A stretch of DNA of 25,864 bases from Verrucomicrobiota bacterium (lineage in GTDB: Bacteria; Verrucomicrobiota; Verrucomicrobiia; Limisphaerales; CANJSG01): positions 1-25,864 of the forward strand of contig JBBRDN010000038.1 in the NCBI GenBank assembly GCA_038203875.1, in the 5' to 3' direction. This document shows positions 8,204 to 15,818 of this stretch, one piece after another (the stretch's first letter is position 1; each line of letters opens with the position of its first letter). The notes under the pieces were generated by a model. The model was given only the letters and a program-made list of their open reading frames with translations. It did no database searches and was not told the origin of the DNA. Both the position numbers and the translations under genes were made by a program.

Positions 8204-9355
8204 ATGGAAAGCGATGTTCCGCCGCCCAGTTCCCCGCCGCCGCCTCCGCCGGCACTTCCTCCGATCATCCGGCAGCGCCCGGTCCAAAGGCCGCCGTCGC
8301 CCGAGGCTCCACGCCCTCGGGGCGGCGCCACGGGCTGGATCATCCTGACCGTCATTCTCGTGGTGGTGGCGGGAGGCGTGTTCGTCCTGTCGCTCCTCGG
8401 TTCCGTGGTCGGCGGAGGTCCGGCGACCATGGGCAGCCACGGTGGCCGCCATGGGCTCATCATGAGCACCATCGAGGACAACAGCGCCGGCGATGACATC
8501 CTCGTGATAGAGATGAACGGAGTCATCATGAGCGGAAGCATGGGCGGCCACGGCCTGAGCATTGTCGAACTGGTGAAGGAACAGCTCGAGATCGCCAAGG
8601 AACGGAAACGCGTGAAGGCCGTGATCCTCCGGGTGGATTCCCCGGGCGGCGAAGTGATGCCGTCCGACGACATCGCCGAACTCATCCGCAAGTTCCAAAA
8701 GGAATCCAAGAAGCCCGTCATCGCCCAGATGGGCTCCGTGGCTGCGTCCGGCGGCTATTACATCAGCGCCCCGTGCCGCTGGATCGTCGCCAACAAACTT
8801 ACCATCACCGGCAGCATCGGCGTCATCATGTCCGGCTACAACTACCGCGGCCTGATGGACAAGGTCGGCGTGCGTGCGGAGGTCTTCAAGAGCGGCAAGA
8901 TGAAGGACATGCTCAGCAGCTCGAAGAAGGAGGACGAAATCCTGCCCGAGGAACGGGAGATCGTGATGAACATGATCATGGAAACCTACGGCACGTTCAC
9001 CAATGTCGTTTCCACCGGCCGCTCCAAAGCCGCGGAGCTGAACGGCGCCGAAGGACGAAAACTATCCGGCTCGTGGGCTTCTTTTGCGGATGGCCGTATC
9101 CTCACCGGCAACCAGGCCTACGAACTCGGATTCGTCGACGAGATCGGCAATTTCGAGACCGCCGTGGCCAGGGCGAAGACCTTGGCAAACATCTCCAACG
9201 CCAATCTCATCCAATTCCAGGCACCGTTCGACCTCGGAAGCCTGTTCCGGATATTCGGAAAGACCGAAACGAAGACCCTGAAGATCGATCTCGGCGTCGA
9301 GACGCTGAAGCTGAAGAAGGGCTATCTCTATTTCATGATGCCCACGGCCCTGTAA
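8204..9355 (+). CDS. sppA: Signal peptide peptidase SppA, 36K type (S49 family)
   Basis: Motifs RVDSPGGEV, GSVAASGGYYIS (nucleophile Ser) and TITGSIGVIMSG. It has a proline-rich cytoplasmic N-terminus followed by one TM (WIILTVILVVVAGGVFVLSLL). Confidence 0.9.
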   Translation: MESDVPPPSSPPPPPPALPPIIRQRPVQRPPSPEAPRPRGGATGWIILTVILVVVAGGVFVLSLLGSVVGGGPATMGSHGGRHGLIMSTIEDNSAGDDILVIEMNGVIMSGSMGGHGLSIVELVKEQLEIAKERKRVKAVILRVDSPGGEVMPSDDIAELIRKFQKESKKPVIAQMGSVAASGGYYISAPCRWIVANKLTITGSIGVIMSGYNYRGLMDKVGVRAEVFKSGKMKDMLSSSKKEDEILPEEREIVMNMIMETYGTFTNVVSTGRSKAAELNGAEGRKLSGSWASFADGRILTGNQAYELGFVDEIGNFETAVARAKTLANISNANLIQFQAPFDLGSLFRIFGKTETKTLKIDLGVETLKLKKGYLYFMMPTAL

Positions 9356-9388
9356 GGCCGGAAACCCACAACCAACCACTTACCCGCC

Positions 9389-10012
9389 ATGAGGTCGGTC
9401 CACGTCGTTTCCCATCCGATCGTGCAGCACAACCTCGCCCTGCTGCGCGACAAGAGAACCAAGCCGCCCGAGTTCCGGCGCCTCCTTGGCGAGATCGCGA
9501 TGCTGATGGTGTTCAAGGCCACCGAATCTTTCGCCACGCGGCCTCGCAAGGTCACGACGCCGATGGGTCCGGCCACCGGATCGGAGCTTCGCCATGATGT
9601 CCTCGTAGTCCCGGTCCTGCGCGCCGGCCTCGGCATGGCCAATGCCATTCTCCAAGTCATCCCGCAGGCCCAGGTCGGTTTCGTAGGCCTCAAGCGCGAC
9701 GAAAAAACGCTCAAGCCCGTGACCTACCACGAGAGCCTGCCGAAGAACCTCAGCCGGTTCGAAATCCTCCTAGTCGATCCCATGCTGGCCACCGGCGGAT
9801 CGACCATCGCCGCCTTGGACCTGCTCCATGAACGGAACGCCTGCCACGTCCGCATGATCAATCTCGTCTGCGCGCCTGAAGGCATCCGCGCCGTGCGCGC
9901 TAAGTATCCACGGCTCGCCATCTACTCCGCCGCCATCGACACCCGCCTGAACGAACGCGGCTTCATCATCCCCGGACTCGGCGACGCAGGGGACCGACTG
10001 TTCGGCGTCTGA
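9389..10012 (+). CDS. upp: Uracil phosphoribosyltransferase
   Basis: 207 aa with the HPIVQHNLALLRDKRT N-terminus. PRPP loop LVDPMLATGGSTIAAL and C-terminal uracil-binding motif IIPGLGDAGDRLFG. Confidence 0.93.
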   Translation: MRSVHVVSHPIVQHNLALLRDKRTKPPEFRRLLGEIAMLMVFKATESFATRPRKVTTPMGPATGSELRHDVLVVPVLRAGLGMANAILQVIPQAQVGFVGLKRDEKTLKPVTYHESLPKNLSRFEILLVDPMLATGGSTIAALDLLHERNACHVRMINLVCAPEGIRAVRAKYPRLAIYSAAIDTRLNERGFIIPGLGDAGDRLFGV

Positions 10013-10031
10013 CCTGAACCCATTCCCCAGC

Positions 10032-11144
10032 ATGGCCAGGTCCGAACACCGCCTCCTCATTGGTTCGTCGGACCACAACCCCGACATGCTCTACGCCACG
10101 GGCTTGTTAACCCGCGAGTCGTTGGTCTGGCTCAAGGGCACTGGCAAACCTGTCGTTGTCATGGCGACAAATCTTGCGACCGCGTCCCAAAAACTGCTGC
10201 CCAAGCTCCAGGTCCTTACGGCGTCCCAAGTCGTCGGAAAGGGATGCTCGAACGAAGCCGCCGTCATCCTGAAGCTGCTTGAAGGCCGGAAGGTGAAGCG
10301 TGTTGTCGTCTCCGAAACCTTTCCGCACGGCCTCGCCCGGGCGCTGAGACGCTGGAAGATCAAGCTGAAGGTCGTTTCGCCGTTCTTCCCGGAACGCATG
10401 GTCAAGACGGCCGACGAGGTGAAGAAGATTTCCGCCGCACTCACCATGGCGGAAGTCGGCCTCGCGGAGGGCATCCAGGCGATCAAACGCTCCAAGGTCT
10501 CGCGCGACGGACTGCTCCACCTCGGCGGCACGCCGCTGACCTGCGCCAGGGTCCGCTCGATCATCGAGACGGCAGTGCTGCAAGCCGGTGGCCATCCCAT
10601 CGGCGCCGCAGTCGGCAGCAACTGGCACAACCATGAACCGGTCGAGGGCGGCGAAGGCCCGCTCAAGCCGAACCAACCAATCACCCTCGCCGTCTCGCCG
10701 CGCTCACGGAAGACGGGCTACTTCGGGGAACTGGCCCGGACCGTCGTCAAGGGCCGTGCGCCAGAGGCTGTCCGAAGGATGTTCCACACTGTAAAAACCG
10801 CGCGGCGGCTCGCCCTTGGCCTGGTCGTTCCTGGCTGTTCCGCGGCGGACATCCACAAAGCGGTGGCCGACTACTTCGCCCGCGAAGGGTTCTCCACGCT
10901 TCCCGATGCGACACCACGGGAAGGATTCCATTCCCCGTTCGGACACGGCCTCGGGGCGGAGCTCCACGAAGCTCCCTTCCTGTGCGCGGGTTCGAAAGAA
11001 CTCCTTAAGCCGGGTCATGTCGTGACGTTGGAACCCAGCCTGCACTACCCGGCTCTCGGATGTATCCGCCTGGTGGATGCCGCTTGGGTAGGCCCGAAAG
11101 GTGCCCGCAACCTCGCCAAGTTCGAGACCGTCCTCGAAATCTAA
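10032..11144 (+). CDS. M24-family (Xaa-Pro aminopeptidase/creatinase fold) protein with a divergent metal site
   Basis: Pita-bread fold motifs FGHGLGAELHEAP and VVTLEPSLHYP. The positions usually holding the two Asp ligands and the last Glu read ITLAVSP, GELARTV and IRLVDAA. Confidence 0.75.
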   Translation: MARSEHRLLIGSSDHNPDMLYATGLLTRESLVWLKGTGKPVVVMATNLATASQKLLPKLQVLTASQVVGKGCSNEAAVILKLLEGRKVKRVVVSETFPHGLARALRRWKIKLKVVSPFFPERMVKTADEVKKISAALTMAEVGLAEGIQAIKRSKVSRDGLLHLGGTPLTCARVRSIIETAVLQAGGHPIGAAVGSNWHNHEPVEGGEGPLKPNQPITLAVSPRSRKTGYFGELARTVVKGRAPEAVRRMFHTVKTARRLALGLVVPGCSAADIHKAVADYFAREGFSTLPDATPREGFHSPFGHGLGAELHEAPFLCAGSKELLKPGHVVTLEPSLHYPALGCIRLVDAAWVGPKGARNLAKFETVLEI

Positions 11145-11288
11145 CCCCACAAGTCCGGCATCCGGACGAATAGAAAGCCGGCACTGGTTTTCCACTTGAG
11201 CGAACCCTGCTCCGGGTGGTCTTTATCACTGCCCGACGATCCGGCGAGCCGTTTGCAAAACCGGAGATTCGGACAACTCTATCGAACC

Positions 11289-12185
11289 ATGAAACGCGTC
11301 TTTCTGTTCCTCATGACAAACATGGCGGTGATCCTGGTGATCTCCGTCGTGACGAGCCTGCTCGGTGTTAACCGCTTCCTTACCAAGAGCGGCATCAACT
11401 ACGAGGCCCTGCTCGTCTTCTCCGTCATCGTGGGCTTCGCCGGCAGTTTCATCTCCCTCGCGCTGTCCAAGTGGATGGCCAAGATGTCCTACAGCATCCA
11501 GGTCATCGAACGTCCCAGCAGTCAGGCCGAGGAATGGCTCGTCTCCAAGATCGCGGAGCAGTCGAAGAAGGCCGGCATCAAGATGCCCGAGGTCGGCGTC
11601 TACGAGAGCGACGAGGTCAACGCCTTCGCCACCGGTCCGTCGCGGAACAACTCCCTCGTGGCGGTGAGCTCCGGCCTCATCCGCCGCATGAACCTGCGCG
11701 AGATCGAAGGCGTCCTCGCCCACGAGGTCTCCCATATCGCCAATGGCGACATGGTGACGATGACGTTGCTCCAAGGCGTCCTGAATACCTTCGTCGTCTT
11801 CTTCTCCCGCATCATCGGGTTCGCGGTGGATAACTTCCTCCGCCGCGGAGAAAACGAAAACCGGGGCCCCGGCGTGGGCTATTTCATCGGCTACATCATC
11901 TGCGAGATCCTGCTCGGCATTCTCGCATCGATCATCGTCATGGCCTATTCGCGTCGCCGCGAGTTCGCCGCCGACGCCATGGCCGCCAAGTTGGAGAGCA
12001 AGGACGCGATGGTCTCAGCGTTGCGCCGGCTGAAATCGATCACCGAAGGCGGCGGCATCATCGACGATCGCTCGCAGGCCCTGAGCGCCTTCAAGATCAA
12101 CGGCAAGCCCTCCGGCTTCATGGCGCTGTTCTCCAGCCATCCCCCGTTGGAGGACCGCATCGCCGCGCTCGAAAGCGCGCGCTGA
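11289..12185 (+). CDS. htpX: Zinc metalloprotease HtpX (M48 family)
   Basis: The ATG at 11289 gives MKRVFLFLMTNMAVILVISVV. It has the HExxH motif (LAHEVSHIANGD), four hydrophobic helices and the C-terminal SSHPPLEDRIAAL motif. The TTG-extended ORF from 11196 is probably not used. Confidence 0.9.
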   Translation: MKRVFLFLMTNMAVILVISVVTSLLGVNRFLTKSGINYEALLVFSVIVGFAGSFISLALSKWMAKMSYSIQVIERPSSQAEEWLVSKIAEQSKKAGIKMPEVGVYESDEVNAFATGPSRNNSLVAVSSGLIRRMNLREIEGVLAHEVSHIANGDMVTMTLLQGVLNTFVVFFSRIIGFAVDNFLRRGENENRGPGVGYFIGYIICEILLGILASIIVMAYSRRREFAADAMAAKLESKDAMVSALRRLKSITEGGGIIDDRSQALSAFKINGKPSGFMALFSSHPPLEDRIAALESAR

Positions 12186-12207
12186 TCCAGGCCCGAGCAT
12201 CCGATTC

Positions 12208-12246
12208 GAAGCCGTCCGGGACAGGTGTCCTCGACGGCTTTGTTGC
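12208..12246 (+). terminator. Rho-independent terminator downstream of htpX
   Basis: AAGCCGTC (12209-12216) pairs with GACGGCTT (12233-12240). An inner helix GGGAC/GTCCT surrounds an AGGT loop. The structure is followed by TGTTGCG (U-rich) and sits between the convergent htpX and GNAT genes. Confidence 0.55.
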
Positions 12247-12260
12247 GCTCGCCGAATGGG

Positions 12261-12803
12261 CTACTCGCCCTTCAGACGGCTCAGGCAAAAGCAGTCCTGC
12301 GGTTCCGGGCTGATGTTTTGGAGGCTTTCCCACCGGCGGAGGATTCCCTCCATCTTGAAGCCGGCTTTCTCCAGCACGCGCCTGGAAGCCGGATTGTCGA
12401 CGTGGGCCACGGTCCACACACGCCAGATCTCCGGCTGGGCCAGCATCCAGTCCGTCCAGGCACGCACGGCTTCGCTCATGTAACCCTGTCCCCAGAACTG
12501 CTTCGCCAGCACATAGCCGAGGCTCGCCTTGCCGGTCTCCGGACGCAGCTCGATCATGCCGAGAATTTGGTCGTCCGAACGTCGTTGGATGATGAAGGGA
12601 TACGCGCTTCCTTCGGTCCACGAATCGATGCACCACGACAGGAACCCGACCGTCTCCGATACATCCACGTGCGGCTTCCAGATGAGGTGACGCGAAACCT
12701 CGGGATCACGCGTGTAGAGCTGGAAGAGCGTCTCCGCGTCCGTCAGCAGCGGCGGACGGAAGCTGAGGCGTTGGCTGAAGAACTCCTTGGGCGGAACGGT
12801 CAT
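12261..12803 (-). CDS. GNAT-family N-acetyltransferase (RimJ/RimL-like)
   Basis: 180 aa. LSFRPPLLTDAETLFQLY is an N-terminus typical of RimJ/L-type GNATs, and QFWGQGYMSEAVRAW is the acetyl-CoA loop. HVDNPASRRVLEKAGFKMEGILR is also present. It starts 6 nt after the upstream stop. Confidence 0.85.
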   Translation of the reverse strand: MTVPPKEFFSQRLSFRPPLLTDAETLFQLYTRDPEVSRHLIWKPHVDVSETVGFLSWCIDSWTEGSAYPFIIQRRSDDQILGMIELRPETGKASLGYVLAKQFWGQGYMSEAVRAWTDWMLAQPEIWRVWTVAHVDNPASRRVLEKAGFKMEGILRRWESLQNISPEPQDCFCLSRLKGE

Positions 12804-12809
12804 GGGAGA

Positions 12810-13742
12810 TCACTTTCCGATGCGGCGGATCTCCAGGCTCCAGTCCGGGCCTGATCCGATTCCATGCTTCTTGGCGAAGCTGTCCATGTTCAAAGCGACT
12901 GAAACCTCCAGCAAACTGTTCAGGAACAGCAGGGGTTCGCCAGCCTTCACCGCACCGAACGTGGCGAGATAAGGCGCCTGTCCCGAGTGGACCAGCTTTC
13001 CGTCTTTCAACACCCGGAAGCTGAACCGGTCGCCGATCTTCGCGCCGAGCGTGTCGAAGAGCGGCTTCTCGATATTCGACCAGACGTTGCCGTATTGCAC
13101 GTCGAGCACCGGAATCGTCCCAAACAGCGCACCGTCCTTCGCCGCGGCTTTGGTGTAGGGAATGGCGACGACGCCGTTGGTCAGCCGTGGGCCCACGTCC
13201 TCGAACTTCAGCTTACCCGTCGCGAGCTTCGCGCCCACGTAGGCGAACACGTCGCGGCCGTGGAACGTGTAGCTGGCCTCGCTTCCTTTGAGCCGCTGGC
13301 GGGGCGCGTCGATCTCCCGCAACTCCGCCACGCCGAGCGTCTCGGCGACAAAAGTGAGCGTGCCGTTGTCCGGCGTGACGAAGAGGTGCCCCGTCTTTGC
13401 GCGCATCACCACGCTGCGCCGTTCCGTGCCGACACCGGGATCGACGACGGAGACGAACACGGTGTTACTCGGCCAATAGGCGGCGGTCTGCTTCAGCCGG
13501 AACGCGGCTTCCCACACGTTGTAAGGCGGGATCTCGTGGGTGATGTCGAACTGTTTAAGCGCCGAGCTGACACCGAAGGCCACGCCTTTCATCGCCGAGA
13601 CCGCTCCGTCCTTCAGGCTGAAGTCCGACTGGAACACCAACGCCGCCTCTGCGGCGCGAAGCTCTGCGGAGAGGTTCGCCGCCAGCAATAGAGCGACAAC
13701 GACTGCACGGACAAACACCGAGAGGAGTAGTTCGAGACTCAT
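12810..13742 (-). CDS. SAM hydroxide adenosyltransferase / SAM hydrolase family protein (DUF62, PF01887-like) with N-terminal signal peptide
   Basis: The ATG at 13742 gives MSLELLLSVFVRAVVVALLLAANLSAELRAAEA, followed by family motifs LVFQSDFSLKDGAVSAMKGV, VVDPGVGTERR, FVTPDNGTLTF and TFHGRDVFAY. The 394-aa ORF-track version (to 13994) overlaps the divergent transporter gene and is rejected. Confidence 0.85.
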   Translation of the reverse strand: MSLELLLSVFVRAVVVALLLAANLSAELRAAEAALVFQSDFSLKDGAVSAMKGVAFGVSSALKQFDITHEIPPYNVWEAAFRLKQTAAYWPSNTVFVSVVDPGVGTERRSVVMRAKTGHLFVTPDNGTLTFVAETLGVAELREIDAPRQRLKGSEASYTFHGRDVFAYVGAKLATGKLKFEDVGPRLTNGVVAIPYTKAAAKDGALFGTIPVLDVQYGNVWSNIEKPLFDTLGAKIGDRFSFRVLKDGKLVHSGQAPYLATFGAVKAGEPLLFLNSLLEVSVALNMDSFAKKHGIGSGPDWSLEIRRIGK

Positions 13743-13854
13743 AAAGCGTTCTGTTCTGACGAAGCCGTGAGATTCCAATATCGAATGGTTGAAGGCAAAT
13801 CCGGAGCGGGAGTTGCGATGCGGCCCCGTTGGGCCAGAGTGCCGTTGCTGTCGC

Positions 13855-14832
13855 GTGAAAAACTTTCTGGCCCGCAACTGGTTCATCGTCTCGCTGCCCC
13901 TGGCCATCGCACTCGCATGGCTTGTGCCCGATGCGGGCGCTACGGGTGGATGGCTACGGAGCGAGGTCACCACCAAGCTGGGCGTCGCCCTCATCTTTCT
14001 TTTTCAAGGGCTTACGTTGCCGTCGTCCGCCCTCAAGCAGGGCGCCTCCCAATGGCGGCTCCACCTGCTTGTGCAGGCCTTCACGTTCCTTTTGTTTCCA
14101 CTGATCGGCATGGCGCTGGATGCGTTGGCCGGACGTCATCTGCCGCCGGATCTGCGACTTGGTTTCCTGTTCCTGTGCGTTCTGCCTTCGACGGTGTCCA
14201 TGTCCGTCGTGCTGACGGGACTCGCCGGCGGCAACACGGTGGGCGCCATCTTCAACGCCGCTCTCTCGAACATCATCGGCGTGTTCATCACGCCGATCTG
14301 GGTCGCTTGGCTCATGAAATCCGGGGGCCAATCCCAGCCTCTCGGCGGGGTGGTGAAGGAGGTCGTCGTGCTGCTGTTGCCGCCGTTGGCGGTCGGGCAA
14401 CTCATCCGTGTGTTCGCCACGTCCTGGGCCGACCAGAACAAGAAGCGCCTCGGCAACGCCGCCAGCGGACTGATCCTGTTCCTGGTCTTCACCGCGTTCT
14501 GCAATTCGGTGAAGGCGCAGTTCTGGGCACAGCAGAGTGCGGGCGTTCTGTTCGCGGCATCGGCTGGAGTGGTTCTGATCTTCATCATCGCTATCGCTTT
14601 AATCGAAGTCCTCGCACGGATGTTCAAACTGGATCGGCCCGATCGCATCACCGCCACTTTCTGCGCCCCGCAAAAAACGATCGCCTCCGGCATCCCGCTT
14701 GCGAAGGCCATCTTCGGCGCCCACCCGGGCCTCGGACTGATCTTGCTCCCGATCCTCTTCTACCATCCGCTCCAACTGATCGTCTGCGGAGTGCTAGCCG
14801 ACCGATTCGCCCGCCAGAAGCCGAAACCGTAA
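13855..14832 (+). CDS. Bile acid:sodium symporter (BASS/SBF-like) family transporter
   Basis: Polytopic membrane protein. VKNFLARNWFIVSLPLAIALAWLVPDAG resembles the N-terminus of YfeH/SBF-like proteins, and multiple TM helices follow (LGFLFLCVLPSTVSMSVVLTGLAGGN etc.). The start is ambiguous: GTG 13855 is preferred, and TTG 13789 is the longest option. Confidence 0.8.
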   Translation: MKNFLARNWFIVSLPLAIALAWLVPDAGATGGWLRSEVTTKLGVALIFLFQGLTLPSSALKQGASQWRLHLLVQAFTFLLFPLIGMALDALAGRHLPPDLRLGFLFLCVLPSTVSMSVVLTGLAGGNTVGAIFNAALSNIIGVFITPIWVAWLMKSGGQSQPLGGVVKEVVVLLLPPLAVGQLIRVFATSWADQNKKRLGNAASGLILFLVFTAFCNSVKAQFWAQQSAGVLFAASAGVVLIFIIAIALIEVLARMFKLDRPDRITATFCAPQKTIASGIPLAKAIFGAHPGLGLILLPILFYHPLQLIVCGVLADRFARQKPKP

Positions 14833-14855
14833 GGCGGTCGCCCTCTCGGACGGCG

Positions 14856-15818
14856 TCATTTGATTTGTCGGACGATCTCGCGCAGCACGATCGACGCATG
14901 GGCTGACACCGGGCCTTCGGTCGTGTCGGCGGCATTGACGCCTTCCTGCCCACCGGCGAGATCGCTCAGGCTGCGCACGATCAGAAAAGGTTTCTTGTTG
15001 GCCCAACAGACCTGGGCGATGGCGGTGGACTCCATGTCGAGGCAGTCGGCCTTCCAGACGCCGAAGGCCCATTTGCGATATTCGCGGTTGTCCATGAACA
15101 CCGGTCCGGCAATGCCGTTTCCCCCCACGCTGACCTCCGCTTTCCGACCGGCGTAGGCCAGGGGCGGCACAGTCTTCAGCGCCCGGCGAGCGGCATCCAG
15201 CAGACCGGGATCGGCCGGAAAGAAAGCCTGGCGCTTCGGCTTGTCCATGCCGTCGCGAACCGTCCAGACGTGGTCGGGAAACATGAACCCGAAATTCGTG
15301 TAGGGCGGCTTGAAGTAGTCGGGCAGCACGTAGCCGGAACCGTCCGGCTTCGGATTGAGATAGGCGGCCTCGGAGTGGTGGAACCACTTGTCAGGCACGA
15401 CGACGTCGCCGATGTGGTGGGCGGGATTGATGCCGCCCGCGATGCCGGCGAAGAGCACGTGCGAAATCGGGAACCGCTCCAGGGCCAACTGCGTGGTCAT
15501 GGCCGCGTTCACCATGCTGACGCCGCTGGGGAAAAGCAGGAGATCACGTCCCTCAAACCTCACGTGCTTGAAGGCGACTCCGTTGATGGTCGTGACCTCC
15601 ACCGGTTGACCGCCATTCAGGAAGGCGGCTTCGTTCGCCGCGATCTCGGGGCCATAGGCCGACATCACCGCGACGAAGCGGGTGGCGGGTTGTCCGTGGT
15701 CGGCGGCCTTTCGGGGCGAAGCGCAGCCCGGGACGAAGACGAGGAGGAAGAGGGGGAGAGTCCATCGGAGCGTGAAGGTTCGGTGCGAAACCCGTGTCCG
15801 TTCAGTTGGTGTCTTCAT
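14856..15818 (-). CDS. Exported nucleoside phosphorylase/nucleosidase-fold protein (PNP_UDP_1, MTA/SAH-nucleosidase-like), probable lipoprotein or signal-anchored
   Basis: The N-terminus MKTPTERTRVSHRTFTLRWTLPLFLLVFVPGCASP is a signal sequence with a lipobox-like VPGC. Fold motifs are LLLFPSGVSMVNAAMTTQLAL, FAGIAGGINP and CLDMESTAIAQVC...IVRSLSDLAGG. Its ATG overlaps the permease stop (ATGA at 15815-15818). Confidence 0.8.
   Translation of the reverse strand: MKTPTERTRVSHRTFTLRWTLPLFLLVFVPGCASPRKAADHGQPATRFVAVMSAYGPEIAANEAAFLNGGQPVEVTTINGVAFKHVRFEGRDLLLFPSGVSMVNAAMTTQLALERFPISHVLFAGIAGGINPAHHIGDVVVPDKWFHHSEAAYLNPKPDGSGYVLPDYFKPPYTNFGFMFPDHVWTVRDGMDKPKRQAFFPADPGLLDAARRALKTVPPLAYAGRKAEVSVGGNGIAGPVFMDNREYRKWAFGVWKADCLDMESTAIAQVCWANKKPFLIVRSLSDLAGGQEGVNAADTTEGPVSAHASIVLREIVRQIK

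Noticed and set aside
11153-11167. Short hairpin GTCCGG-CAT-CCGGAC after the M24 gene as a terminator
   Set aside because: It has only a 6-bp stem with a 3-nt loop and no following U-tract, which is insufficient to call a terminator.
13767-14906. 379-aa plus-strand ORF in an alternative frame over the BASS transporter
   Set aside because: Its Arg/Pro/Gly/His-rich translation has no hydrophobic helices. The overlapping frame (13789/13855-14832) encodes a coherent polytopic transporter.
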